Virus record (IMG/VR): IMGVR_UViG_3300046777_002520
Span: 127,967-191,966 of that record
Strand: one strand, 5' to 3'
Length of the DNA: 64,000 nucleotides
Origin: a virus
Made by a program: the position numbers and the translations under genes. Of the stretch, positions 1-8,158 are shown piece by piece (within the stretch, counting starts at the first letter, position 1; each line of letters opens with the position of its first letter). The notes under the pieces are model-generated. The model did no database searches and was not told where the DNA came from. It saw nothing but the letters and a program-made list of their open reading frames with translations.

Positions 1-1
1 C

Positions 2-355
2 CCTCCTGGCGCTAAAAGCTACAGATTTTATGATGGCAAGGGATTGGCCAGAGCCGCTTTGCCTTCCGTCAAAGGCTCGGTAGGTGCCGCAGGTCTGGCG
101 TTGGCTAGCAACTACGGCCTGCCGTATCTCAACAACAACCCAGAAGCCAGAACCGAGAACACCCAGAGCTTCCTCGACAAGCTGCGTCAGGACATGGCTA
201 CAGCCAAGTCTCCAGAGATCGCTGGCAGCAGAGAGCAGATCCTCAAATCTCTGGACGAACTGCGCAGCGGTCTGGGTAGCGACCTCGAAAGGACCGACGT
301 CCGCGACCTCTTCGACAAGCTTAACGACATTGTGCCCCAGAGGAGTCAGAACTAA
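2..355 (+). CDS. 5'-truncated hypothetical protein, probably virion-associated
   Basis: Frame is open from position 2 (PPGAKSYRFYDGKGLARAALP...) to TAA at 353-355, which overlaps the next ATG. Contains a Gly/Ala hydrophobic stretch (GSVGAAGLALASNYG). Confidence 0.6.
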   Translation, partial: PPGAKSYRFYDGKGLARAALPSVKGSVGAAGLALASNYGLPYLNNNPEARTENTQSFLDKLRQDMATAKSPEIAGSREQILKSLDELRSGLGSDLERTDVRDLFDKLNDIVPQRSQN

Positions 356-1815
356 TGATCAAGATCATCTCTCCCGACTCCCAGACCTTCGACGTTCCGA
401 CCATGGAAATGGTCAAGATGTCGAACCGAGGTCTGCGTGGCGACGACCTGCGCTCCTTTGTGAAAAGGGCTGGCCATGAATTCGCTGACAAGCTCCGCGA
501 TGTGCATGTTGCGCCAGGTGAGCAGCTTGTTCACCTTATCGCTATCGGTTCTACTGAAGCTTACGGTCCTAACCGTAACGGAGATGGTTTCAAGTCTGCG
601 ACTTGTAGAAAGTACCATCCAACATTTGTTAAGCACGCCAGATGGTACCGAAACCACCAGAACAAGGATGAGTCCAAGAGCTACGGCATCATCAAGATGT
701 CGGCGTTTAACGAGGCGATGAAGCGCATCGAGCTGCTTGTCGCCTTGAATGGCACCAAGGAAGCTGCAGACCGTAATGGCGGTTTGATAGCTGACAAAGA
801 GATGCAGAAGATTGCATCTGGCTCTGGAGACTGGGGTGTCTCCATGGCGTGTAGGGTTCCTTTCGACGTATGCTCTGGCTGTGGCAATAAAGCGCCCAGT
901 AGAGCTCAGTACTGCAAGGAAGCTAGCTGCAAGTATGGTGGCTGCTACAACAACCTGACCAAGGTCGCTGAAGATGGCCACGTTCTACACGTCGATAATC
1001 CTGAGCCTACTTGGTTTGATATTTCTGACGTATATAGACCAGCCGACAGAATAGCTTACGTCTTCGGCCACATGAAAGCAGCCAGCCACGGTGGCGTGGG
1101 TGGCGCGCTGCTGGCTGAGGAGCTGGGCGTCACGGCTCCCTACCGTCTGAACCTCGACTCTTTCGACGACAGGTCGATGCAGCTGATCAAGCTGGCTTAC
1201 GAGCTGGCCGAGCTGGAGAACGATCTGGAGTCTGGCAGAATGGGCACCTCCCTGAAGGATGCCGTCATTCTTAACGATAAGACTGCCAGCCTGAAGGACA
1301 TTCCCACGGGACGACTCACCACGCTGCAGATCTGGCGTGCGCTGAGCCGTGAGAAAGTGGCCCTGAGCGTCAAGGACTGGCTCGATGTCATCAGCCAGGA
1401 CACCGACAATCTGGCCATCAAGAGCGCTTCCGCAGCAGAGATCAGCAGAGCTCTGCCAGGAGTGTTCAGCAGGCTTGTGGCTGACAACGTCAACCTTGAG
1501 CACTGCATCAGCGAGCGTACTTGTGATCCTTCCATGGCTTTTCCTGGAGAGCGTGTTCAGGAATGGGCTACGAAGATAGCCAGTGCGAAATCGATTAACC
1601 CTAATCACTTCGAGAGAAGGGTTATGAGGCAAGCTGTAACTGGTTCGGAGAAGCGTGCTAGCTTTTCTGACAGCAAGGTCGCTGTTAGCGCCGAAGCTGA
1701 GCAGTTAGCTAGACGCTATGGTACTTATCAGTTATATTTCCTAAACGAACTTAGGAATGATTCGAATTTCGGCTGGTATAAGGAGCACGCTGTTCGTTCC
1801 AATTACTTAGCTTGA
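355..1815 (+). CDS. prohead (capsid maturation) protease-like protein with Cys-rich Zn-binding segment
   Basis: Motifs GPNRNGDGF, RNHQNKD (candidate catalytic His) and GVSMACRVPFDVCSGCGN (candidate catalytic Ser plus CxxC) resemble HK97/T4-gp21/assemblin-type proteases. Lies upstream of scaffold-like and capsid genes. Confidence 0.72.
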   Translation: MIKIISPDSQTFDVPTMEMVKMSNRGLRGDDLRSFVKRAGHEFADKLRDVHVAPGEQLVHLIAIGSTEAYGPNRNGDGFKSATCRKYHPTFVKHARWYRNHQNKDESKSYGIIKMSAFNEAMKRIELLVALNGTKEAADRNGGLIADKEMQKIASGSGDWGVSMACRVPFDVCSGCGNKAPSRAQYCKEASCKYGGCYNNLTKVAEDGHVLHVDNPEPTWFDISDVYRPADRIAYVFGHMKAASHGGVGGALLAEELGVTAPYRLNLDSFDDRSMQLIKLAYELAELENDLESGRMGTSLKDAVILNDKTASLKDIPTGRLTTLQIWRALSREKVALSVKDWLDVISQDTDNLAIKSASAAEISRALPGVFSRLVADNVNLEHCISERTCDPSMAFPGERVQEWATKIASAKSINPNHFERRVMRQAVTGSEKRASFSDSKVAVSAEAEQLARRYGTYQLYFLNELRNDSNFGWYKEHAVRSNYLA

Positions 1816-1901
1816 AATCCGCAAAAATTACTCTTGCGGACTTGGTGTTCTATAGTGACAATCTAAGTTAGGTGTCTGATACTGACACAAGGAGTTTAAT
1901 C

Positions 1902-3197
1902 ATGGCGCTATTTGATGAACTGCGTAGCTTTTTGGCTGAAGTCGAAACTCAGCAGGTTAAAGCTGCTTCCGCAAAGAAGGCTGAGGCTAACACCGAAGCT
2001 GGCAGCTATGAGGGTGGCACCAGCCATCCCGTCAAGTCTGTTGATGATCAGACTTCCGACGCTTCCGAAGGCGAGCGTTCCTCCGAGAACAGCGCCGACG
2101 TGAAGTCCCAGGTGCCTGCTGGTGGTGTTGACTCCAACAACGCCAAGCCACCCGAGCAAGAAGGCCAGCAGTTCGATGTCGGCCTGAAGTCCACCTCGAC
2201 CGGCGAAGACCCCGCCCACGAGGACGACTACAAGGGCACAAAGGACGATCCTGGCACGGCTCATCCCGCCAAGACCGAAGACGGCGAGAAGTACAGCTCG
2301 ATGAACTTCAGCCAGCTGAAGAAGCTGACCGAGAAGAAGGCCAACGCCATTCTCGCTTCGGTTGCCGTGGCTCTGAACAAGAAGGCCGAGCTGAAAGGCG
2401 AACAGCACAAGCTGGACGTTGACGGCGACAAGAAGATCGAAGGCACTGACCTCGCCAAGCTGCGCAAGGGTCAGACCGCCCACAAGGCTCCCGCCGCTCC
2501 TGCTCCCGCCGCCCATAAGATGGACGAGAAGAAGGCAGCCGCCGTGGGCTACGACCAGGCCGTCCAGGCTGGCGTGCTGTCCCAGGAGGACGCTTCCTCT
2601 TTTTTTAAGTCTGCCTCCGAGAACCTGATTCGCGGTGCTCTCTCGGCGGCATCGGCAACCGGCCAATACCTCACCGCTTTCAACCAGCAGCTTTTGACCA
2701 AGGCCGCTGAGGAGAGCGAAGAGCACGAAAGCGACGAGCCCGCTGGGCACGAGGAGTCAGAATCTCCCGCCCAGGAATCTGCTGAGAACTCTGGTGACAT
2801 CGGTGTGGACGAAGGCGACCTGGCCGCTATGGCTGGTGAGGCTCCTCCTGCTGGCGGCGCTATGGGTGGAGAGGAAGGGGGCGTTGATGAGCTCCTGGCC
2901 GCTCTGGCTGAAATGGGCGTTAGCCCCGACGAGGTCATGGCTGCTCTGGGCGCTCAGGGCGCTGGTGCAGGTGGTGCTCCCGCTCCCGAAGCGATGGGCG
3001 CTGTTCCTGCCGAAGCCCTTGCCGCCGAAGCTCCCAAGATGGCTTCTGCCGGTGCCAACCAGCAAATTGCCGGTCTGATGAAGGCCGCAAAAGCCCGTGC
3101 TCGTAGCGGCAAATTCCAGATTTCTGCCGCGAAGACCGCTGGACAGCGCAAGCTTCGCGACGAGATCAAGAAGTGCATCGCTGAAATCGTTGGTTAA
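1902..3197 (+). CDS. scaffold-like / internal head protein
   Basis: RBS AAGGAG at 1889-1894 favours ATG 1902 over the tracked GTG 1872. Acidic, Ala/Gly-rich low-complexity sequence with many K-x-A motifs, between protease and capsid genes. Confidence 0.55.
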   Translation: MALFDELRSFLAEVETQQVKAASAKKAEANTEAGSYEGGTSHPVKSVDDQTSDASEGERSSENSADVKSQVPAGGVDSNNAKPPEQEGQQFDVGLKSTSTGEDPAHEDDYKGTKDDPGTAHPAKTEDGEKYSSMNFSQLKKLTEKKANAILASVAVALNKKAELKGEQHKLDVDGDKKIEGTDLAKLRKGQTAHKAPAAPAPAAHKMDEKKAAAVGYDQAVQAGVLSQEDASSFFKSASENLIRGALSAASATGQYLTAFNQQLLTKAAEESEEHESDEPAGHEESESPAQESAENSGDIGVDEGDLAAMAGEAPPAGGAMGGEEGGVDELLAALAEMGVSPDEVMAALGAQGAGAGGAPAPEAMGAVPAEALAAEAPKMASAGANQQIAGLMKAAKARARSGKFQISAAKTAGQRKLRDEIKKCIAEIVG

Positions 3198-3217
3198 TCC
3201 ATAAAGGGAGGCTTGTA

Positions 3218-3601
3218 ATGAGCGACCTGAACGCTGTTGTTGATTACGTCGAGTGCAGCGCTGCTGCTCTCGACGCTGCCGAGAAGATTATCAAGCAAGC
3301 GGAAGATGCCCAGAAGAAGGCTTCTGAGAAGATCGCCGCTGTGGTTGACGCCCTCATCGCGCATGAGCGTATCGACCCCAAAGACCGCGAAAAGTGCGCG
3401 GCTATGCTGAAGGACCCAGTCAAGGTGCTGGAAATCCTTGAAAAGACTGCTGACACGAATCGCACGATTCGTCCTCATCAGCTTGGTAAAGCCGTTCAGG
3501 AGAAGAAGGCCTCAGCTTCCTCTCCCTACGTTGGCTTGCGTTCTTCCCAGGCGCGTGCCAGTGATCTGCGGTTTGACGAGGTCCTGGGTATTAACGGTTG
3601 A
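3218..3601 (+). CDS. helical head-module protein (scaffold-like)
   Basis: Strong RBS (AAGGGAGG). Predicted helical, with K-x-A motifs (KQAED, KKASE, KTADT, KKASAS). Confidence 0.55.
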   Translation: MSDLNAVVDYVECSAAALDAAEKIIKQAEDAQKKASEKIAAVVDALIAHERIDPKDREKCAAMLKDPVKVLEILEKTADTNRTIRPHQLGKAVQEKKASASSPYVGLRSSQARASDLRFDEVLGING

Positions 3602-3638
3602 TTCTAAAGTGCCCCATAAGGCATAGGAGGTTCTTTCC

Positions 3639-4187
3639 ATGGCTCAGATGTTTGATCATACCCTGGACGCTGTCAAGGGTTGGTTCCACATGGCTGCGCT
3701 TGACTTCACCGCCAAGCTCAGCGACACCGAAACCGTCACCGCTTACGCCGGTCGCGTCGTTCACCTGAACAACGACGGCGAGTTCGAGCTGGGTTGCAAA
3801 GGCAGTCAGATGCCTATCTTCCTGCTGCAGAACGAAGGCGACTCGGACGTCAGCAACAACGGCGGTACCACCTGGTATCCCATCGGACCTGACGGCAACC
3901 TGACCGGATTGGTCGGCAAAGGTGCTTACGAACTCGAAACCACCGAGTACGACAGCGCCAGCGGTACCGACTACGTCCCCAACCAGCTCCTGAAGGCCAT
4001 CAACACCGATGATGACGCCGACAAGGGTAAGCTGACCAACACAGGAATCAGCACCTTGGAGAACGGTGGTTCTAACCCCACCGCCATCGTAGGCGTTGTG
4101 AGCCGCGCTCCCCGTAAGCGACAGAGCGACCGCAACACCGTGTTGTCGTTCTGGCCAGTTTACAAGCCAGGCAAGACTGGTTACTAA
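3639..4187 (+). CDS. putative capsid decoration/cement protein
   Basis: RBS AGGAGG. About 180 aa, beta-rich, immediately upstream of the MCP, a usual position for decoration proteins. Function inferred from position. Confidence 0.45.
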   Translation: MAQMFDHTLDAVKGWFHMAALDFTAKLSDTETVTAYAGRVVHLNNDGEFELGCKGSQMPIFLLQNEGDSDVSNNGGTTWYPIGPDGNLTGLVGKGAYELETTEYDSASGTDYVPNQLLKAINTDDDADKGKLTNTGISTLENGGSNPTAIVGVVSRAPRKRQSDRNTVLSFWPVYKPGKTGY

Positions 4188-4221
4188 TCTTAACCCAACG
4201 CCACTAAGGAGGTAATTTACC

Positions 4222-5154
4222 ATGGCATCGGTTAATGATGATGTCAGGCTGCGCAACGAGACCTTTATTTCTTACCTGGAAACTCCGGGTATGGAGAAGC
4301 GCGCCCTGGACGCCGTGAATGACTTCACACGCTATCGTATGCGTGAAGAGGGTTTCTATCGTCGCATTCTGCCGCCCGTGCAGATCAGCAACGATGACCT
4401 CGACCGTCAGGTTGACACCGACAAGCCGGTGAAGATCGTTGACCGCGAACCGGATTCCCCGGCCGCGATCAGCATCCCCTTCGCCACGCTGCCGCTCAGC
4501 CTGTACATCCGTGGCCAGCGCTACCGCGTTAGCTTCGACCGCATCGTCACTCCTCGCTTCACCAAGGACGTTGACGAACTGCGCACCTACTACATCGACA
4601 TCCGTCAGGTGCTGTCGGACAACTCGATCAAGGACATGCTGGCTGAAGAAGACCGCAAGTTCTTGGCCGCTGTTGACGCTGGCCTGGGTGGCTCGGCTGA
4701 CGCCGTCAACCCGACCTCCGGTGTCGTCCAGTGGGAGACCCTGTACGGCGGTATCACCCGTGATACCCTCCAGGACGCTTTCAAGATTCTGCCCCGCACC
4801 ATCAGCCGCCTCGAAACCGGCACCGTGTTGCTGAACAACCTCACGATCCGCGAGATCATGAAGTTTGGCCGCGAAGAGATGGGTGGCGACTTCAGCCAGG
4901 ACGTTTTCAAGAACGGCTGGTCTGAGCAGAACTTCATGAACGCCAACTGGATCATCACCATCAAGCAGGACCTGGTGCCTAACGACTCCATGTACCTGTT
5001 CGCTGATCCCAAGTTCATGGGCAAGTCCTACGTCCTCGAAGACACCACAATGTACATCGAGCGTAAGGCTTACATGCTTGAATTCTTTGCCTACGAGACC
5101 CTGGGTGGAGCCATCGGCAACACCAACTCGCTGGCAAGAGTTGACTTTGCTTGA
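4222..5154 (+). CDS. major capsid protein (HK97-like fold, inferred)
   Basis: RBS AAGGAGGT, strongly C/G-ending codons, 310 aa. MREEGFYRRILPP N-terminal motif and ETLGGAIGNTNSLARVDF C-terminus are typical of large-phage MCPs. Followed by a strong hairpin. Confidence 0.72.
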   Translation: MASVNDDVRLRNETFISYLETPGMEKRALDAVNDFTRYRMREEGFYRRILPPVQISNDDLDRQVDTDKPVKIVDREPDSPAAISIPFATLPLSLYIRGQRYRVSFDRIVTPRFTKDVDELRTYYIDIRQVLSDNSIKDMLAEEDRKFLAAVDAGLGGSADAVNPTSGVVQWETLYGGITRDTLQDAFKILPRTISRLETGTVLLNNLTIREIMKFGREEMGGDFSQDVFKNGWSEQNFMNANWIITIKQDLVPNDSMYLFADPKFMGKSYVLEDTTMYIERKAYMLEFFAYETLGGAIGNTNSLARVDFA

Positions 5155-5167
5155 TAACGGTTAGTTG

Positions 5168-5193
5168 AAGCGGCCTCGGCAACGGGGCCGCTT
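5168..5193 (+). terminator. GC-rich hairpin with GCAA tetraloop after the MCP (terminator or mRNA stabiliser)
   Basis: AAGCGGCCTCG-GCAA-CGGGGCCGCTT; only a short T-run follows. Confidence 0.55.
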
Positions 5194-5219
5194 TGACAAC
5201 CCCTTTTAAGGAGCTTTCG

Positions 5220-5621
5220 ATGTCTGAGCAAATCACACCAGAAGCAGCCCATGGATTCCTGATGCAGGAAGTCTATGTGCCCGTCTTCTTGGAAAAGCTG
5301 GCCAACGACTTCGGCATCGTTCCCCAGAACGAGCAAGAAGTTGAGAACCTGCTCAAGATTGCCAGCCACTTGACCGCCCTGCAAGAGCAAGAGCAAGTCA
5401 AGCAGGCTTCTTCTCGAAGCACCTTGATCAGCGCCGCTACCGACAGCCTGGAAAATGTGATGGGTCAACTTGGCTACGCCAGCCCCGCCGCAGAAAAGCA
5501 GGCCGCTCAGGAAGAAAGCTTGATCAAAGCCGCCTCCGAGAACCTGGCAATCAATCCTTCCATCCAAGCCGCCTTCGCTGTCTACCACGACGCGCTGGCT
5601 CAACAACTGGCCAATTCCTAA
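5220..5621 (+). CDS. head-module hypothetical protein
   Basis: RBS AAGGAG supports ATG 5220. Helical, with KIASH, KQASS, KQAAQ and KAASE motifs. Confidence 0.6.
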   Translation: MSEQITPEAAHGFLMQEVYVPVFLEKLANDFGIVPQNEQEVENLLKIASHLTALQEQEQVKQASSRSTLISAATDSLENVMGQLGYASPAAEKQAAQEESLIKAASENLAINPSIQAAFAVYHDALAQQLANS

Positions 5622-5633
5622 TCGGAGGTAATC

Positions 5634-5972
5634 ATGGCTGATAGCAATTGCCTTCAAACGAAGGTGCGCAACATGAGTGGGAAGGAGGCCTTTTTCGGCT
5701 TTCTGCCTCCCCATGGCAAGCGTCTCGCTTCGGGCGAAGAATACACTTTCTTTGGTTCTCCTGAGGCCCTGTTGGCTTCTGTGACCAAGAAGCGCCAGCG
5801 CACTGCCCTGCAGAACGCTCTGGTCAGCGGCAAAGTCGTGATCGTCTCGACTCCCGCAGTCCACGCTTACGACGCCACCCTCGACGTCACCAAGACCCTT
5901 GGTGTCACGAACGGCAGCGTCACGGCTTCCGATCCCTGCTGGGGCCAATACTCCAGCTCCATCGGCAGCTAA
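5634..5972 (+). CDS. small virion protein, hypothetical
   Basis: RBS GGAGGT. Last gene before a terminator; ends YSSSIGS. Confidence 0.65.
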   Translation: MADSNCLQTKVRNMSGKEAFFGFLPPHGKRLASGEEYTFFGSPEALLASVTKKRQRTALQNALVSGKVVIVSTPAVHAYDATLDVTKTLGVTNGSVTASDPCWGQYSSSIGS

Positions 5973-5997
5973 GCTGACGGCTAAAAAAAATTCAGAG

Positions 5998-6025
5998 AGC
6001 CCACCCTTTGCAGGGTGGGCTTTTT
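5998..6025 (+). terminator. intrinsic terminator ending the head operon
   Basis: AGCCCACCCT-TTGC-AGGGTGGGCT followed by TTTT. Confidence 0.85.
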
Positions 6026-6027
6026 GC

Positions 6028-6055
6028 TTAATTGACGCAAAATAACAGGCATAAT
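6028..6055 (+). promoter_or_regulatory. cassette promoter-like motif, copy 1
   Basis: TTAATT(6028-6033)-N16-CATAAT(6050-6055), then CAGAT. Confidence 0.7.
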
Positions 6056-6118
6056 CAGATGACCGATATATAGCTGTGACAGGAGTTGCAGGTGTATCGG
6101 AAATTGAAGGAGATAGTC

Positions 6119-6361
6119 ATGAAGACTACTCTGGCCTGTGGTTCTAGGTTAGTTATTGGCACCGTTGTCAACGACTATGTCGTTGACATGCGACGGAGGC
6201 GTCGTGAGGCTCAAGAAGCCATTCTGTGGCACCTGGCCCAGAAGGGGTTACTTGAAATCGACGAGGTAATCAACCTCGTCGAGTCCAGCCGCAAGGCTGG
6301 ACCGTTCACTGGCTCTGCCATGAGGCAGGAAGCCATCGACCGCTACAAGGCGGTCGCATAA
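6119..6361 (+). CDS. small hypothetical protein, cassette 1 payload
   Basis: RBS AAGGAG then ATG 6119, 80 aa. Flanked by the promoter motif and a hairpin/T7-AGCT boundary. Confidence 0.7.
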   Translation: MKTTLACGSRLVIGTVVNDYVVDMRRRRREAQEAILWHLAQKGLLEIDEVINLVESSRKAGPFTGSAMRQEAIDRYKAVA

Positions 6362-6367
6362 CTTCAT

Positions 6368-6415
6368 AGCCCCTTAAAGCGGGGGCTTTATAAATACGCT
6401 TTTTTTAGCTATTGG
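6368..6415 (+). repeat. cassette boundary: hairpin + TTATAAATACGC + T7-AGCT-ATTGG
   Basis: AGCCCC-ttaaagcg-GGGGCT, a 12-nt spacer, then TTTTTTTAGCT at 6400-6410. Near-identical to 7130-7168. Confidence 0.7.
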
Positions 6416-6420
6416 CTGAT

Positions 6421-6448
6421 TTAATCCAAGCAACTTACAAGTCATAAT
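6421..6448 (+). promoter_or_regulatory. cassette promoter-like motif, copy 2
   Basis: TTAATC(6421-6426)-N16-CATAAT(6443-6448), then CAGAT. Confidence 0.7.
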
Positions 6449-6451
6449 CAG

Positions 6452-6589
6452 ATGCAAATCTATAATGAACTCAGTCCAGTCACCGCTGGACCACTAGAAC
6501 AAACAAGCGGTGTTTGACTCCTTGGATTCCACGCTGAATCGCGTGAAGGAGCACAGGTCCGAACCTGTGATCTAGACTTTTTTTTAGCT
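6452..6589 (+). ncRNA. candidate small structured RNA, cassette 2 payload
   Basis: No ORF over about 21 codons and no RBS-led start. Stems CTCCTT/AAGGAG enclosing CACGC/GCGTG, and CACAGGT-ccga-ACCTGTG. Ends at T8-AGCT (6578-6589). Confidence 0.45.
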
Positions 6590-6601
6590 GTCAGACGCTG
6601 C

Positions 6602-6629
6602 TTAATTCAGAGAAAAAACCAGTCATATT
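6602..6629 (+). promoter_or_regulatory. cassette promoter-like motif, copy 3
   Basis: TTAATT(6602-6607)-N16-CATATT(6624-6629), then CAGAT. Confidence 0.7.
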
Positions 6630-6703
6630 CAGATGATATAGACATACCTATTTTAGGTGTGTCGAGGCCCCGTCGCCTATTTCAAGACGGAGAGGGTTAT
6701 TTC

Positions 6704-7123
6704 ATGAACACTGGTAAAATGGCTGTGCTGTACGTTATCCTGGCTTTTGTGTTCTGCTCAGGCATATACCTGCATGTCAGCAAGCCCCAGGAGAAAGCAG
6801 AAATCCAGAGGTGGACTCTGGTGACAGACAAGACCACACACAAAGGGCAGGCCTTGACTGACCTTGACCTGATGTGGGTGATCTCCCCCAAAGGGGAGTG
6901 GTTTGTAGTTCCTGAGGCTCAGAAAACTCGCTTCAAAGCGAGCAAGAGTGGGGAGCATATCCAGCTTCCAGAATCGGCCCACCTGTGGGACCGAGTCCTG
7001 ATGGCCCCTGACAAGGCCGATTCGGCAAAGCTGAGAATGGGTCTGCCTGTGAGCAGGACCAACAGCATCAACACTGACATCGAGTCAGTGCTCATTCCTT
7101 CCTACTTTTACAGTAGGTCTTAA
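6704..7123 (+). CDS. N-terminally anchored membrane/secreted hypothetical protein, cassette 3 payload
   Basis: GGAGAGG RBS then ATG 6704. Hydrophobic stretch MAVLYVILAFVFCSGIYL. Confidence 0.7.
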   Translation: MNTGKMAVLYVILAFVFCSGIYLHVSKPQEKAEIQRWTLVTDKTTHKGQALTDLDLMWVISPKGEWFVVPEAQKTRFKASKSGEHIQLPESAHLWDRVLMAPDKADSAKLRMGLPVSRTNSINTDIESVLIPSYFYSRS

Positions 7124-7129
7124 CCCACA

Positions 7130-7171
7130 GTCCTGGCGAGGACGTTAAAGATACGCTTTTTTTTAGCTATC
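7130..7171 (+). repeat. cassette boundary: hairpin + TTAAAGATACGC + T8-AGCT
   Basis: GTCCT-ggcg-AGGAC, a spacer, ATACGC (7151-7156), T8, then AGCT (7165-7168). Confidence 0.7.
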
Positions 7172-7237
7172 AGACAAATCAGCAGACGTGGTATGATACA
7201 TAAAAGTGTATAGCTACTTACGTTAGAGGGACAGTTC

Positions 7238-8155
7238 ATGGCTGATCCATCCAGCGTCGATTGTGCGGACCAACTCATCATTCGACCCAGAATAACAAGA
7301 GTCGAAGGTCAACCTATCCTCGCCAAAGTTCCGTCCTTGCTGACCAGCCAAGGCGTCACGCCGTTTATCGAGATGGTGCTCAGGGATAGCGAAGGCCGAC
7401 CTGTCAACCTGACGAGCTGTGGGTTTAACTCCTCCAACAGTTCGTCCATAGGTTCTGGTGTCAGTGTTGTTGGCAAGCTTAGGGAGGCCATGGGCCTTTC
7501 TTCCAACCTGCCTGCCATAACCCTGGATGCAGCCGTCTGGAATGCCGAGTCTGGAACCATACGTGCGCGCGTGCCTGCCGAGGCCACGGATCTCAACCAG
7601 ATTCTGCGAGGCCAGTGGGCCGTCGTGGACAGCGACAACTCCGTGCTGTTTACCTGCCCGTTCTTCCTGTTTGTGGACCGTGGCGAGTTCGGCTCTGTCT
7701 TCAACCCCAAGGGCGTGCCCAGCCCCAGCGACATTCGTGTGTTCCTCAGGGACAGCGCTCCAGAGGACAACTACCTGCTGAACGAGCTGGAGTTTGATCT
7801 GACAGAAATCGTTGAGTCAGCGATTCGCTGCATCGATCACTTCAACAGCGCCCAGCCGCCTATTCCCCAGAAGTTTACCACCAGCAGCTTTCCCAACACG
7901 GCCATACTGCTGACTGGCATCATGGGGTATCTCTATCAGATAGCGGCCAAGCACTATCGACGCAACCACCTGCCTTACAGCGCTGGTGGTATTCAGGTCG
8001 ATGACAAGAACAAGGCTTCCGAGTACGAGCAGCTCGGTATGCAGATGGTTGCTGAATATCAGCAGTGGACCAAGAACAAGAAGGCTCAGTTCAACCTGCA
8101 GAATTTCAACGGAACACTTGGTTCAGGATACGAATACAGCGGCAGATGGAGGTAA
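7238..8155 (+). CDS. putative neck/head-tail adaptor protein with N-terminal Ig-like domain
   Basis: First gene of the tail operon. C-terminal YRRNHLPYSAGGIQVDDKNK segment resembles large-myovirus neck proteins. Inferred from position and motif. Confidence 0.5.
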   Translation: MADPSSVDCADQLIIRPRITRVEGQPILAKVPSLLTSQGVTPFIEMVLRDSEGRPVNLTSCGFNSSNSSSIGSGVSVVGKLREAMGLSSNLPAITLDAAVWNAESGTIRARVPAEATDLNQILRGQWAVVDSDNSVLFTCPFFLFVDRGEFGSVFNPKGVPSPSDIRVFLRDSAPEDNYLLNELEFDLTEIVESAIRCIDHFNSAQPPIPQKFTTSSFPNTAILLTGIMGYLYQIAAKHYRRNHLPYSAGGIQVDDKNKASEYEQLGMQMVAEYQQWTKNKKAQFNLQNFNGTLGSGYEYSGRWR

Positions 8156-8158
8156 GCC

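Noticed and set aside
1850-1862. Late promoter consensus from CTATAGTGACAAT (1850), CTATGTTACAAT (26250) and TGGTATGAT (about 7190)
   Set aside because: Too few and too dissimilar to define a motif by eye; needs TSS data.
6032-6055. Canonical sigma70 promoter TTGACG...CATAAT
   Set aside because: Spacing is 12 bp, and the other four copies lack TTGAC; the conserved upstream element is TTAATY at 16 bp.
6026-7171. CRISPR array or mini-array
   Set aside because: Repeats are degenerate, bipartite and separated by 130-550 bp payloads; no constant 25-40 bp repeat/spacer period and no cas genes.
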